Part shown: one piece after another, positions 35,801 through 47,800 of the stretch
Position numbering within the stretch: the first letter of the stretch is position 1
Layout: every line of letters begins with the position of its first letter
IMG/VR virus record: IMGVR_UViG_2795386107_000001
Coordinates: 8,822 to 72,821 of that record
DNA: 64,000 nt
From: a virus
Lineage: Duplodnaviria > Caudoviricetes
Reading direction: 5' to 3' (one strand)
The notes under the pieces: generated by a model
Seen by the model: the letters and a program-made list of their open reading frames with translations, nothing else
The model's database searches: none
What the model was told of the DNA's origin: nothing
Program-made: the position numbers and the translations under genes

Positions 35801-38800
35801 GGTGGGCGTCAGGCCGTCGGCGGTGTCGTCGTTGTCCCAGCGCACAGACACGGTGGTGCTGGTGGCGCCGGTGACGGTGCCTTCCCGGCTGCGGAGCCCG
35901 TCAACACCGGTGACGGTGCTGCCCGGGAACAGGCCGCGGCCGTTGCGGTCCGTGGGCACCCTGTCGGGCAGGCTGCCGGTCTGTACGGCGCTCTGGGCGC
36001 CGCTGGCCGGCGAGCCGGGCACGGTGTCGTCCGGGGCTTCAGCGCGGGCGGCGGTGGCGTTGAGCGGCGTGAAGACGTGGCCGCGCTTGCCGGTGCCGTC
36101 CGGGTTCTCCGTGACGTACGTACGCCACATGTGCTCGGTGCGGCCGTTGCGGGTGACCTCCACGCGCACCGGGCCCGTGAAGACGTACCCGGACCGCGTG
36201 ACGGCGCGCCCGTTCCTCCTCCTGCCGTCCATGCGGACCATGTCGCCGGGCACCAGGTCCGAGACCCGGGCCCAGTTCGCGGGCTGGCCGCCCACGGGCT
36301 CGGGCTCGCCCTGCGGCTCCTCGGCCGGGACGTCGGGCGTCGCAGGCTCGGGCTCCGCGGGGGCCCTGTCCGGGGTCGGCTCCGGCCGCGCGGCAGGCTC
36401 CGGGGTGCTCGTGGGCTCGGCCTGCGGGGTCGTCTCGTTGGTCGAACGGTCGTCGCGGCCGTCGTCTCTGGTGGATGCCTCGTCGGGCCGCGGGCGGCGG
36501 CGTACGACGCCCAGGTTCGGGAACGCCTCGTCGATGTTGGCGTGCTCGCCGTACTGGTTCGTCCAGGAACCCTCTGCCGGGTAGCGGTGGAGCTGCGGGT
36601 TACCGACGGCGGAGAACTCGGAGCGGTAGCGGAACGGCTCTCCCTCGCCGGTCACCGTGGCGTGCACAGTGCCCACGTACTCGTCCCGCGGAGAGATGTT
36701 CTGGCCGCGGGAGGTGGCCATGGGGAAGCTGATCTCATCGCCGGGGCGGAGGTCCGCCGGGTCAACCGGGATGGAGTAGCCGGCCTCTTCCTCCCGGGTG
36801 TTCCACTCGGCTTCCTGCTGGTTCCACGTGCGGTGGTGCAGGGCCTGCCCACGGTCGCTGTTCCACGGCTCGTAGACGTTGCCGACGCCGTTCAACCGCT
36901 CGGCGGCCTCACCGAAGAGGGTGTTGCCGTCTGCACTACGGAAGGCGCGGGCACGTTCCGCGGCGTCGGGCGCGTCCCAGGGGAACGGGTTGCCGTCCGC
37001 ATCCGTGATGCCCTCGAGGACGCGGGCAACCTCGCGGGCACGTTCGGGGTTGTGGAACCCGTCTCGGAACAGGGGCTGCATGCTGCCCGGGAGGGCCACG
37101 TTGAACCGCTGGCCGCGGCCTACGCCGGCGCGCGCTGCCTCGTTTCCGTAGATGAGCAGACGACCGCCGTCGGAGAGCTGCGTGCTTTCGGCGTCGGCGA
37201 TCTCCCCGCGCTCCTCGGGCGAGGGCTCGTCAGCGCGCTGGTCCTCCGGTACCTCGTCGAGGCGCCCATTGCGGATGTGATCCCGCAGGGCCTCCTCATC
37301 GGTGAAGCGGGGCTTGGCAGGGTCGTACGGCTCGGGCTCCGTGGTGGCGGGCTCCGCTGGGGCCTGGCCGACGTCCGCCTGCTGGCGCTGCTCCTCTTCG
37401 GCCTGTCGGCGCTGTTCCTCCTCGAAGATTTCCCGGTCTCTGCGGTCGTTGTCCCGGTACTGCAGCTTGAACTGGTTGTAGGTGACGCGGCCGCCGTTGG
37501 CGTCGTACCAGTTGATCAGCTCCTCACTGGCGTACTCCCTCCAGCGCCCGAACTTGGCCAGCTCGCCGCCGGAGAACAGTGAGCGCTCGTCGGGACGGTT
37601 GTCGCCGTACTTGTGCTTGCGGTTGAAGAAGTAGCCGTTCGTCTCCTCGATGGCCTGCTGGTAGCGGGCCTCGTCGAAGTCAGCGAACGCCGCGCGGATG
37701 ATGTCCTCTTGGGTGCGGCGGGGCCGGGTGATGTCGGCATTTCCGAAGCCCAGGGCCTCGTCCATGGCCTTGCCGCGGCGCTCGGCCTCCTCGGCGTTCT
37801 CCGGCGGGGTGTCCGGAACGGCGTTGCGGATGACCGGGTCCGGGTTGTCGCGCCGGTCCATCTCCGCCGCGACGCGCATCATGTCGTCCTGGCTGAGGGG
37901 CTGACTCACGAGCGCGTCAAGCGCATCGTCGTCAAGCTCAGTCAGGTCGGCAGGCAGTACGGGGGCGTCGGTGGTCTCCGCGGCTCGCTGCTGCTCGAAG
38001 TCGTCACGGGCAGCGTGAAGCGCGCGCTGCAGGTTGCGGCCCTCGCTGTCGCGCCACTGGCTGACGGTGCTGGGCCCCCAGGGCTGGTGCCAGTCGAAGG
38101 GCTGTCCGTCGCTGCCGGTGATCTCCTCGAAGCGACTGGCAAGGGCGCGGGCCTCCTCGGGGTTGTCGGTGCGCAGGGTCAGGCCGGGCAGGTTGGTGCC
38201 GTTGCGGGCCTGAGCGAACCGCCACAGGGTGGTGCCGTCGTCCTGCGGCTCCGGCCATGTGACCAGCCCACCGCCCGGGGAGAGAACCATGCCTTCCCGC
38301 TCAGCGGCCTGCGCGAGGGCGGCGCGCCGCTCGGGGGTGTCCTCAGCCGCGGTGAGACCTTCGCCGTTCCTCCAGGCGCGGCGAAGGGAGTCCACGTCAC
38401 CGTGACGGACCGGAGAGCGGCGGCCGCGGCCGTTGGGGGCGTGCCCCTCGCCGTCGCCACCGGTGCCGGTTGCGGCCGGAACGTTGAGGTCGGGCAGGTT
38501 CAGGTGAGGCAGGCCGGGCCCGCCGAGGCCACCAGGACCGCCGGGGCCACCGTTGCCGCCGTTGCGGCGTCGGCGACGCCTGCGCCGGTTGCGGTCGTCC
38601 TGCTCGTCCTCGTTGTCCTGGTCTTCGGCGTCCGGCTCGTCCTGCTGGTCGTCGGCGTTGTCCGGCGCGTCGGAGCTGTTGCCGTTCTCCTCATCGTCGG
38701 ACGGGGCGTCAGGGGTGTCGGCTCCGCCCCCGTCAGGGTCGGCGGCGCCGCCGTCGAGGTCACCGTCACGGCGCTGCCGGCGTTCCTCGTCGCCCTGGTC

Positions 38801-41800
38801 CTGGTCCTCCTCGCTGTCGCTGGTGTTGTCCGGGGCGTTGGCCTCGTCGCGGTTGTTCTCGTCGTCGCGGCGGTCGTTGCCGCCGTCGTCCTCGCCCCGC
38901 GCGATCCGGGCGGCGCGGCGGAACCGCTCGGCCGCGCGCTCCCCATCGGGGCCACCCAGTTCGTACATCTCCGCGAGGGAGTCGAGCCGGTCGGCGGCGT
39001 CGCGCAGCTCGGCGTCGGGGTCGTCGGAGTCCGCCGCGCGCCCCATGGCGTCGGTGACGTCGCGGATCTCTGGAAGATCGTCCCCGCCCGCTTCGTCGGT
39101 GGCCTGGCGCACCAGGCCGGACATGCGGTCGGTGCGGTCCTTGATGTCGCTCCGGCCGCTGACCGGGGTGGCCTCCGGCTCGTCGACCGCGGGCTCGTCG
39201 ACGTCGGGAGTACCGTCGGTGCCGGTCGTGCTGGTCTCGTCGACGTTGGGCTCGGAACGCTCGTACCTGTGGTTGTCGGGGATCTCCTCGTCCGGGTAGC
39301 GCAGCCGCACTTGGGCGTCGGAGTTGTAGAAGCGCTCCTCACCGTCGTTGGTGACGATGCGGGTACGGCCGCGGCCGGTACGCGCGGGCGGCTCGGCCAC
39401 GGTGTGCGTACGGCCGTCGGCGTCGGTGTACCGGTCGCCCGGCTCCAGGTCGGCGGCGTTCCGCATCTGCGCCGGACGCAGGTCGCTGGTGTCGCGGCCT
39501 TCGGCATCGGCGAACATGTCCGGCGTGCCGAACTCGTCGGCAGGCCGGACCTCCGGGTTGTCCGGGTCCGCGGTGCTGTCCGCCTGACGGGTGGTCGGCT
39601 CGTCGACGTCGAAGAGGCCGCCGGGCTCCTCCCTGGTCTGCTTGGGCTTGGGCTCCTGCTTCGGGGCGCGGCCGGCGCGGCGGGCCTCTTCCGCTTCGAG
39701 GACCTGCAGGCGGGTGCGGTCAACACCGGACAGTTCCCCGCCGTTGGCCATCTCGCGGCCCATCAGGTCCACGATCTCGTCGCGAATCTCGCCATCGTCC
39801 ATCGAGGACGGAGCCTTGGACCCCTCGGGGCGTACGGCGTCGAGCTGGTCGGACACCTCGTCCGGAGTCAGGGTGACGGTGTCGTTGCCTTCCTCGCCGT
39901 CTGCCGCGCTCTGGTCGCCGCCCTGGTCCTGGTCGTCGTTGCTGTCGTTGCTGTCGTTGCTGTCGTTGCTGTCGTCGCCGAGGTCGCCTGTGCCCGGGGT
40001 GTCGGCCGGCGGCTCGTCGTCGCCTCCGTCGCCCGCGCTGCCAGCGTCCGGGGTGTTGGTCTCCTCGGTGTCCGGCGCATCGGCGTCCGGGGTGGCGTCG
40101 GTGGAGTCGCCGCCGTTGCTCTCCCACTCCTCGCGGCGGCGGCGCAGATCGGCCGCGGCCTCGTCGATGGCCTTGCGGTAGGCGCGGTATGCGCGCACCT
40201 CGGACGGGTCGGACTCCAGCCCTTCGCCGCCTTCCAGCGTCCATGCCCACTCCAGGAGTGCGCGGTGTACCTCGATGGGGCCCGTGACCTTGAGCGTGCC
40301 CTTACGGCCCGGCTTGGCCTCCTTGAGCGCCTTCCGGGTGTCCGGGTCCTCCATGGCCGCGGTCTCGTCGACGTTGAGGAAGTCGACGAGTGCCGCCGGC
40401 ATGGTCAGCGTGACGAAGTCCTCGGGCTTGTCCCACGCGTACTTGAGCGGTTCGCCGGGCTCCTCCGCGTCCGCGGTGTCCTGGCTCTCCGTGTCGTCAG
40501 GTCGGATGCTGGCGAGGGTGTCGCTGACCTCGTCCTGGGAGAGGCGAACGGTGTCGTCGTGCTCCTGGTCGCTGTTCTCGTCGCCGAGGTCGCCGAGGTC
40601 GCCGAGGTCGCCGAGGTCGCCGGTGCTCAGGGTGTCGGCCGACTGTCCCTCGTCGCCTGTACCGCTGGCGTTGTCGGGCCCCGCGGTGTTCGTCTCCTCG
40701 GGGCCCGATGCGTCGGCGTCCGGGGTCGTGTCGGTGGAGTTGCCGTCACCGTTGTCGGTCTGCGAGGCGTCGTGCGCCGGGGGGTTGGGGGTCAGACGCG
40801 CGAGGGTGTCGCGCACCTCGTCCTCGGTGAGGTGAACGGTGTCGTCCCTCTCCGGCTCCGGGTTCTGCTCGTCCCAGCGCTGGAGGTTAGCCACGGCTTC
40901 GTCGACCGCGGCCTGCAGCGGTGCCCGCTCCTCGCGCCGCTCCTTGGCCATCGTCTCGCGGTCGTGCTTCTTGTACCGCTTCTTGTCGAGTTCGTCGGGG
41001 TCAATCTCGGGCTTGGCGTCGAGGTCGGTGATGCGGGCGACGACCTCCTCGAGCAGGTTGGCCCGTGCCCGTGCGTGGTCGATCTGCGGGGTGAGGTCTG
41101 CGGCTGCGTGTGCGGACTGGAGCAGGGCTATTTGCTCGTCCAGCTCGGGGACCTTGGCCCGGTCCGACTCCTGCAGGGCGGGCGCCTTGTCGAGAGCATT
41201 GCCAAGGCGGGTGATCATGCCCGACCCGGCGCCCTTCTTCTGGAGGTCTTCGACCGTGCGCTCAAAGTCGGAGTTCCGGAGGTCCGGGAAGCCGACGTGC
41301 GCGACGAGCCTGCCGTCCTCCTTCCGCTCCGTACGGACGCCGAAGTCCAGGCCGCGGAACTGGCCGATGACGTGCCACGGGCTCATGCCCTCGCGGTTGT
41401 GATCCAGGAGCCGGGCGGTCACCTGGCGGTGCAGCGCCTTGCCGGCGTCGGAGCGCTCGCCGTACGGGGAGCCGCCGATGGTCATGGTGAAGCGGTCGCC
41501 GGCCTCTTGGATGCGGGGCAGAGCCTGCTCGCGGCGCTGGATGCCGTCGCGGGTGGCCTGGGATTCCTGGCGCAGCTCATCGAGGGCTTCGGCGCGACGG
41601 ATACGCTCGGCGGCCTCGTTGTGCTGGTCGATCTCAAGGTCCTTGAGACGGCGGCGGGCCTTCATGAGATGACTCATGTAGGGGTTGCCGCCCATCTCGG
41701 CTTCCATGGTTTCGTAGTCGAACTCGGCGCCGTCGATCTCCTGGACGACGTCGCTGGTGTCGCCCTCCGTCGGCTCCGGCCGCTGGATGTCGACCAGGCC

Positions 41801-44800
41801 CTCGGCCTTGGCGGCGACGAACCCGGCCTTCCAGCCGTCCATGGAGCCCTTGGTCCCGAAAATGTCGATCTCGACCTCGGGGTTCTGATTGCCGTAGCGC
41901 AGGATGCGGCCGTTGCGCTGCTCCATCTGCGCCGCGCCCCAGTCGAGGTCGACGTGCGTGAGGGAGATCATGCGGTCCTGGGCGTTCATGCCCGTGCCCG
42001 CGACGGCGCTGGAACCGATCAGGACCGAGATCTCACCTTCGCGGGCCTTGCGGAACAGCTCCGTCATGTCCTCGGGCTTGCCGGACTTCTTGGCGTCCTG
42101 GACAAAGGCGATCTTGTCGGCGGGGACGCCGCCGGTGACCATGAGCTGCTTGAGTTCGGCGTAGGCGTCGAAGCCGCCCTTGTTGTCGCTGTCCGGGACG
42201 CCTTCGTTCAGGAAGATCATCTGGAGGGCGCCGGGGACGGGGTGGTCCTCGTCGCTGCCGTAAGCGACCTTGTAGACGCGGTCCTTGGTGGCGTGGTACC
42301 GCTCGATGTGCCGGTCCGCGACGGCCTTGAGCTTGTTGCCCGCGGGGGCGTTGCCGTCGACGAGCCGCGGGTCCAGGGCCACGCTGGTGCCCTCGTTGGA
42401 CACCGTGAGCATGTTGTCGTCGACCAGGGCGCCCTTGCGGGTGCGGATCTGCTGAGGCTCACCGTTGTGGATGGCGCGGCCGCGGGCGACGAGCCCCTTG
42501 AGACGCTTCTTCTGGTCCGGGGTCGCGTCGACCAGGATCAGGTTGTGGGTGCCGCCCTTGAGCTTCGGCCGGGGAATGCCGACGTCGTCGGCCCGCTTGG
42601 TGTCCGCGACCAGGCCCCACATGGTCTTCATGGCGCGCTTGTTGTGGAACTCGGAGAAGCGCTCCACGACGCGCAGGCCAGACCCGTCGGGGGCGTTCTC
42701 GATACGCAGGGTCTTGCGGCCGAAGGTGTTGGCCCACAGGTCCGGGGCGCCCGCCTTGTAGGCGTCGAGCACCCACGGCGCCGCGAACTGGAGCATGGTG
42801 AACTGCTCGCTGATGCTGTTGGACAGCGGCGTGCCGGTGGCGAGCGTGATGGTGGCGCGGCCGCCGCGGCGGCGGTGCAGGTCGGTGGTCTTCTGGTGCA
42901 GGTCGACGCCGCGGATGGACGCGGGGTCGCCGCCGGCCTCCTTGGAGCGGAAGCCAACGCCCTTGTAGCGGTGAGCCTCGTCGACGACGAAGTAGTCGAA
43001 GCCGAGGTCGTCCCAGTACGTCTCGCCCGGCTTCCGCATGGGCGCGGCGTTCTTGTTGATGTTCCGCTGGACCGTCGCGATGCGCTGCTCGATCTTCGCG
43101 ACGATGAACGGGTGGTTGGGGTTGTCGGCGTCCTCGTACTGGCGGTCAAGCTGCTCGCGCAGCGACTCCAGCTCCCGGAACTCGTACTCCTCCTGAGCCT
43201 CCGGGCTCATCTTGATGGAGCCGAAGGCCTCTTCGGTGAAGATGACCAGGTCCGGCTTGTTGGCGCGCAGCCACTCCAGCGTGCTGGAGCGCCGGTCACC
43301 GGCCAGGTCTGCCGAGGTGATCAGGTGGATATCGGCGTTCGGGTACAGGTACCGCGCTTCGTCCGCCCACTGCTTCGCCAGGTGGTTGGGCACCACGGCC
43401 ATGGGCTTTTCGATCTGCCCGGACGCCTTGAGCGCCTGGGTGCCCATGACGAGCGTTGAGGTCTTGCCGAGGCCCACCTCGTGGGCGAGGATCACGCCCC
43501 GCTCGAACTGCATCCGGGCGGCGCCGGCGAGCTGCCAGGAGTGCGGGGTCCTGTCGGGCGTGAAGCCTTCCAGGGTGGGCGACATGCCCTCGTACGAACG
43601 GACGACGTGCCCGTTCATGATGCGGTTGTAGGACTCAGTGAGGGTCGTCAGTCGCTCGGCGTTCGCCGTGGCGTACTTGGCGAACTCGGCCCGCATCTGG
43701 TCGGCCTTCTGCCGGATCAGACGGGAGGTCGTCTCGTCGACGTCCTTGCGCTTGTCGTCGTGGTAGACGGTCAGCGATCCGAAGCCGAGGACCGCGCGGG
43801 CGATCTCTACGGCGGACTTGCCCTTGGTGCCCTTCTCCGGGTTGGCCGGGACGCCGTACATGACGTTGTTGGCCTCGGGCACACGGCCGGTGTTGAGAAT
43901 CCAGCCGTACCGGTCATCGTGCGCAACGCGCAGGGTCCGGTCGCCCAGGTACTCGCGCAGGAAGCCCTGCAGCAGCTCCGGAGGCGTCCAGTGTGCGCCC
44001 ATCTCGGGCGTGAACTGGCCGATGGTCCGCTCCGGCGGCTGTACCGCCTCCAGCGCGGCCACGTTGACCGCGTACGCCGGGTCCTTCTCCGCGGCCTTGC
44101 GGGCGGCGTCGAGCTTGTCGCGGACGGCACCGGACAGGTAGGCGCTGGCCAGATCGAGGCGGCCGGTGGCCGGGTTGGTGAAGACCTCGTTACCGAGGCG
44201 CTTCAGCGCCTCCTGCGGGTCGACGTCGAGGAGGCGCGCGACTTCCCCGAGGTCCACGTCGCCGTGCGCGGCGACGACCGCGGCCAGGGCCGCCTTCGGG
44301 TCGTCGGTCGACGTCAACTGACGCCGACGGGCCGCAGCGCGCTCGGTGAAGATGCGGGAGAGGACCGGCTCACCGGTCTTGGCGTCCCACCGCTCCAGGG
44401 CGAGGACAGCCGCGGCGTCCGGGTCGGCTCGGAAGTAACCCCACGCCGTCGGGCGGCCGTTCTTGGTGCGGTGCTGGCCGGGCTTGGACAGCGGCCCGTA
44501 CTGCTCGACGTAGGCGGCGTGCAGGTCGCGGAGCTGGGCGCGGAGGGCGTCGGCGCGCTCCTCCTCGTCGTTCTTGCGGTCCAGCTCGCGCAGTTCGGCG
44601 GCGACGTCGCGGAGCTGCATGAGGTCGCGGAGCTGGGCGGTGTTGCCGTCGGCCGGGTCGATGAGGACCGGCTCAGCGCCGTTGACGTGCTGGTAGAACT
44701 GGCCGTCGTCGCCCTCGTAGAGGCGGCCGGTCCAGTCGTTGGCGTGCTTCTCCCGGGCGGTCTGCAGGTGCACCGGGGGCCGGTCGTCGCCGTCGGGGTG

Positions 44801-47800
44801 CGGCTCGTAGCCGCGGCCGTCGGCCTTCGCCTTCTCAGCCATGTCCTCGAGCGCCTTGCGGAGCTGTTCGGCTGCCTTGGCCGGGTCGCCCTTAACGGTG
44901 ACCTCCGGCCCGTACGGGCCGGACTGGGTGGTCAGCGTGCCGAGGATGTGCTCGGGGTGCTCGTCGAAGTAGGCGTTGATGTGGTGCGGGGTGCCGTTGA
45001 GGTCCCGTTCGGGGGCGTCCAGCCATGAGGTGTCGGCCGGCTCGGTGCCGTCCTCACGGCGCCGGAACACGAGCACGTCGGTGGTGACCCCGGTGCCGGC
45101 GTCGTTGAAGACGCCGGAGGGCAGACGGATGGCGCCCACCAGGTCGCCGTACTTGGCCATCTGACGGCGGGCCTTGTCGCCCTTGGAGTCGAGCGTCTGC
45201 CGGGAGGTGATGACGGCCGTGATGCCGCCCGGACGGACGAGGGCGATCTCCTTGGTGACGAACCCGTTGTGCAGGCTCTCCGCCGGGTACCGCTTGTCAT
45301 CGAACGGGACGCGGGCGAACGGCACGTTGCCGATCGCCGCGTCAAAGGTCCCCGGCCGGGCGTCGCTCTCCGCGAAGGACTCGTTCAGGACGTTGGCGTG
45401 CGGGTAGATCGCCTGAGCGATCCGGGCCGTGGTCGGGTCGAGCTCCACACCGGTCAGGCGCGCACCGTCGGGGGCGACGCCGAAGAACGTGCCCGCGCCG
45501 GAACCGGCTTCGAGGACGTCGCCACGGTCGAACCCGAAGGCGCGCAGGCCATCCCACATCGCCTCGGCGATGGGCTGCGGCGTGTAGTGCATGGACAGCA
45601 CGCCGCGGGACGCCTGCCGGAACTCAACCGGCGTCAGAACGCGCTGCAGCTCGCTGCGGATGTCGCTGTACTCGGACCACCGCTCGTGGTCCTTGGCGAA
45701 CTTGCCGTACCGAGTGCCGCCCTGCTGGTAGCGCGGTTCCTTCTCGTTCGGCTCGCTGGCGAAGATGATCGGCACCGAGCCCCACCCGGACCAGCGGGCG
45801 AGGATGCGCTTCTCCTCGTCGGTGGCCGGCCGGTTCTCGGCCTCCAGCTTCTTGAGGACCTTGATGGCCTCGACGTTGGCGGCCGCACGCGCGCGTGCGC
45901 CCTTGGGCGCGTCGGCCGGGTCCGGCCGGAACCGCGCTACGCGTCGTACATCGCGTCCCTGATCTCCTGCAGGTGCTGCTCCATCGGCGTCTGCTCGGGC
46001 GCCTTCTCCGCGCCCTCCTCCGGCTCGGGCAGAAGCTCCCTCAGAACCATCGCCGTCGCGTCCGCCCTGATCTGCTTGAGCCGGCCGACCCTCTCGTCGT
46101 AGCCCTCCGGCTCCGGCACCGTCTCCTCCAGCGCCTGCTCCGCGACCAGAATCCGGCTCTCGATCTCCCTGGCCTTCGTCTCCACGAACGCCTCCGGATC
46201 GTCCATCGCCGCCCACTCCTGCGGCAGGTACGTCCGCCAGTGATCCCGGACCGTCGGACTGAACATGTTCATCGTCGTCGCCTCCCAGCGCTGCACGGAG
46301 CGCGGCCTGCTGTGCCTCGATCTCCTCGCGGGAGATGACCTTCTGGTCGTCGTTCCCGCCATTCTTGCGGACTGCCTCACGGGCTGACTCAATCGCGTGC
46401 AGTGCCACGTTGATGGAATTGAGTCGGGTCTTGGCCTTCGCCCGGTCCGACTTGTCCGCGTCGCGGTCCGCGGCCTGCACGGACATGTCCCGCGACAGTT
46501 CTTCCGTCACCCGGTGCAGCTCCGCGAGGAGACCCTCGGGAATGACCAAGTTCCGGCCCTTGATGTGGTGGCCCTTCTTGCTGCTGGGCACCAGCGGGTT
46601 CACGCCGTCGTCCCAGCCGTACCGGTCCCGGAACAGGTGGAAGAGGTACTGGCGTTCCTCGGATGCGTTGGAGAGCCGGTCGCCGAGGCGGGCCGTCTGG
46701 TACAGCTCGACGAACATCTTCGGGACGAACACGCGCCGCTCACGGCCCCAGGTGCGCTCACCTCGGGTGTCCGGGTCCTGGTCGTAGGCGCGGACCAGCG
46801 CGGCCAGGGCGGCGGCTCGCGAAGGGTACGCCGTGTTGCCGTGGCCCCAGGAGTTCTTGCCCCAGGTCCAGCCGATCTCTCGGCGGTCGCGCCCGTAGCC
46901 GAGGTTCTGGTTGTAGTCGATGTAGCCGTACCCGGCGCCGCCGTCGATGCTGATTTGCCCGTTGGAGTCGGGGTTGTCGACGCGGGCGAGGAGCTGTTCG
47001 ACCTCGGGGGTGGTGTCCCGGCGGTTCAGTTCGGCCTCGATGGCGGCCATGCGTGCCTCGCGGGCCGCCTTGACGTCGTCCGACTCGTAGTTCGAGCGGC
47101 CGCGGCGCAGCTCGGTGTACTCGTCGAGCAGCTTCTTGGAGTCGACGGCGTCGGGGGTGTCCCGGTCCGTGATGGCCCGCTTCTCCCGCTCGCGTCGCTC
47201 CTGCTTGATGTCCTCCAGGCGGCCCTCGAGGACCCGCTGAGCCTCCGGGGACGCCTTGCGGAAGTCCCGCTTGATGAGTTCGTTGTATTCCTCGGACAGG
47301 GCTTCGTCGTCGAGGTCAGCGACCGGCGGCCGGTCGGCGATCTGCTCGGCGCGGCGCCGCTGCTGCTCACCGACGATCGCGTCGTGCCGCTTCTGCAGGG
47401 CGGCGCGTACGGTCTGCTCGGCCTCGTGGTCGTCGCCGGCGGCCTGGTGCAGGGTGACCCGGTGGGCGACGGCGTCGCGGGCCTTGGCGAGGTCCTCCTC
47501 GGCCATCGTGGTCAGGTCGGTGTTCTCGTCGACCAAGGCCTGGGAGCGGCGGCGGCGCTCGCTGTAGATGGCGCGCTCGACGTCGTTCGCGGGCTCGCCC
47601 CTGCGGGAGCCGTACGTGCCGCGTTCCTGCTGCGACTCCTTGACGCGGGCCTCGATGTCGGCGTCGCTGAGCTGGGTGGCGTCGCGGGCCGCGGCTTCGT
47701 CCCGCTCCTTCCGCCGGCGCTTCTGCTCCTCGGTGATCAGGTCGATCTCGCTGTCGAGGCGCCGACGGTTGGCTTCGGAGCGGGAGGTGCGGTATTTCGT

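Noticed and set aside
45937-46272. Transposon insertion suggested by the TnpV-like gene
   Set aside because: No transposase, terminal repeats or target duplication; TnpV-type proteins are not transposases.
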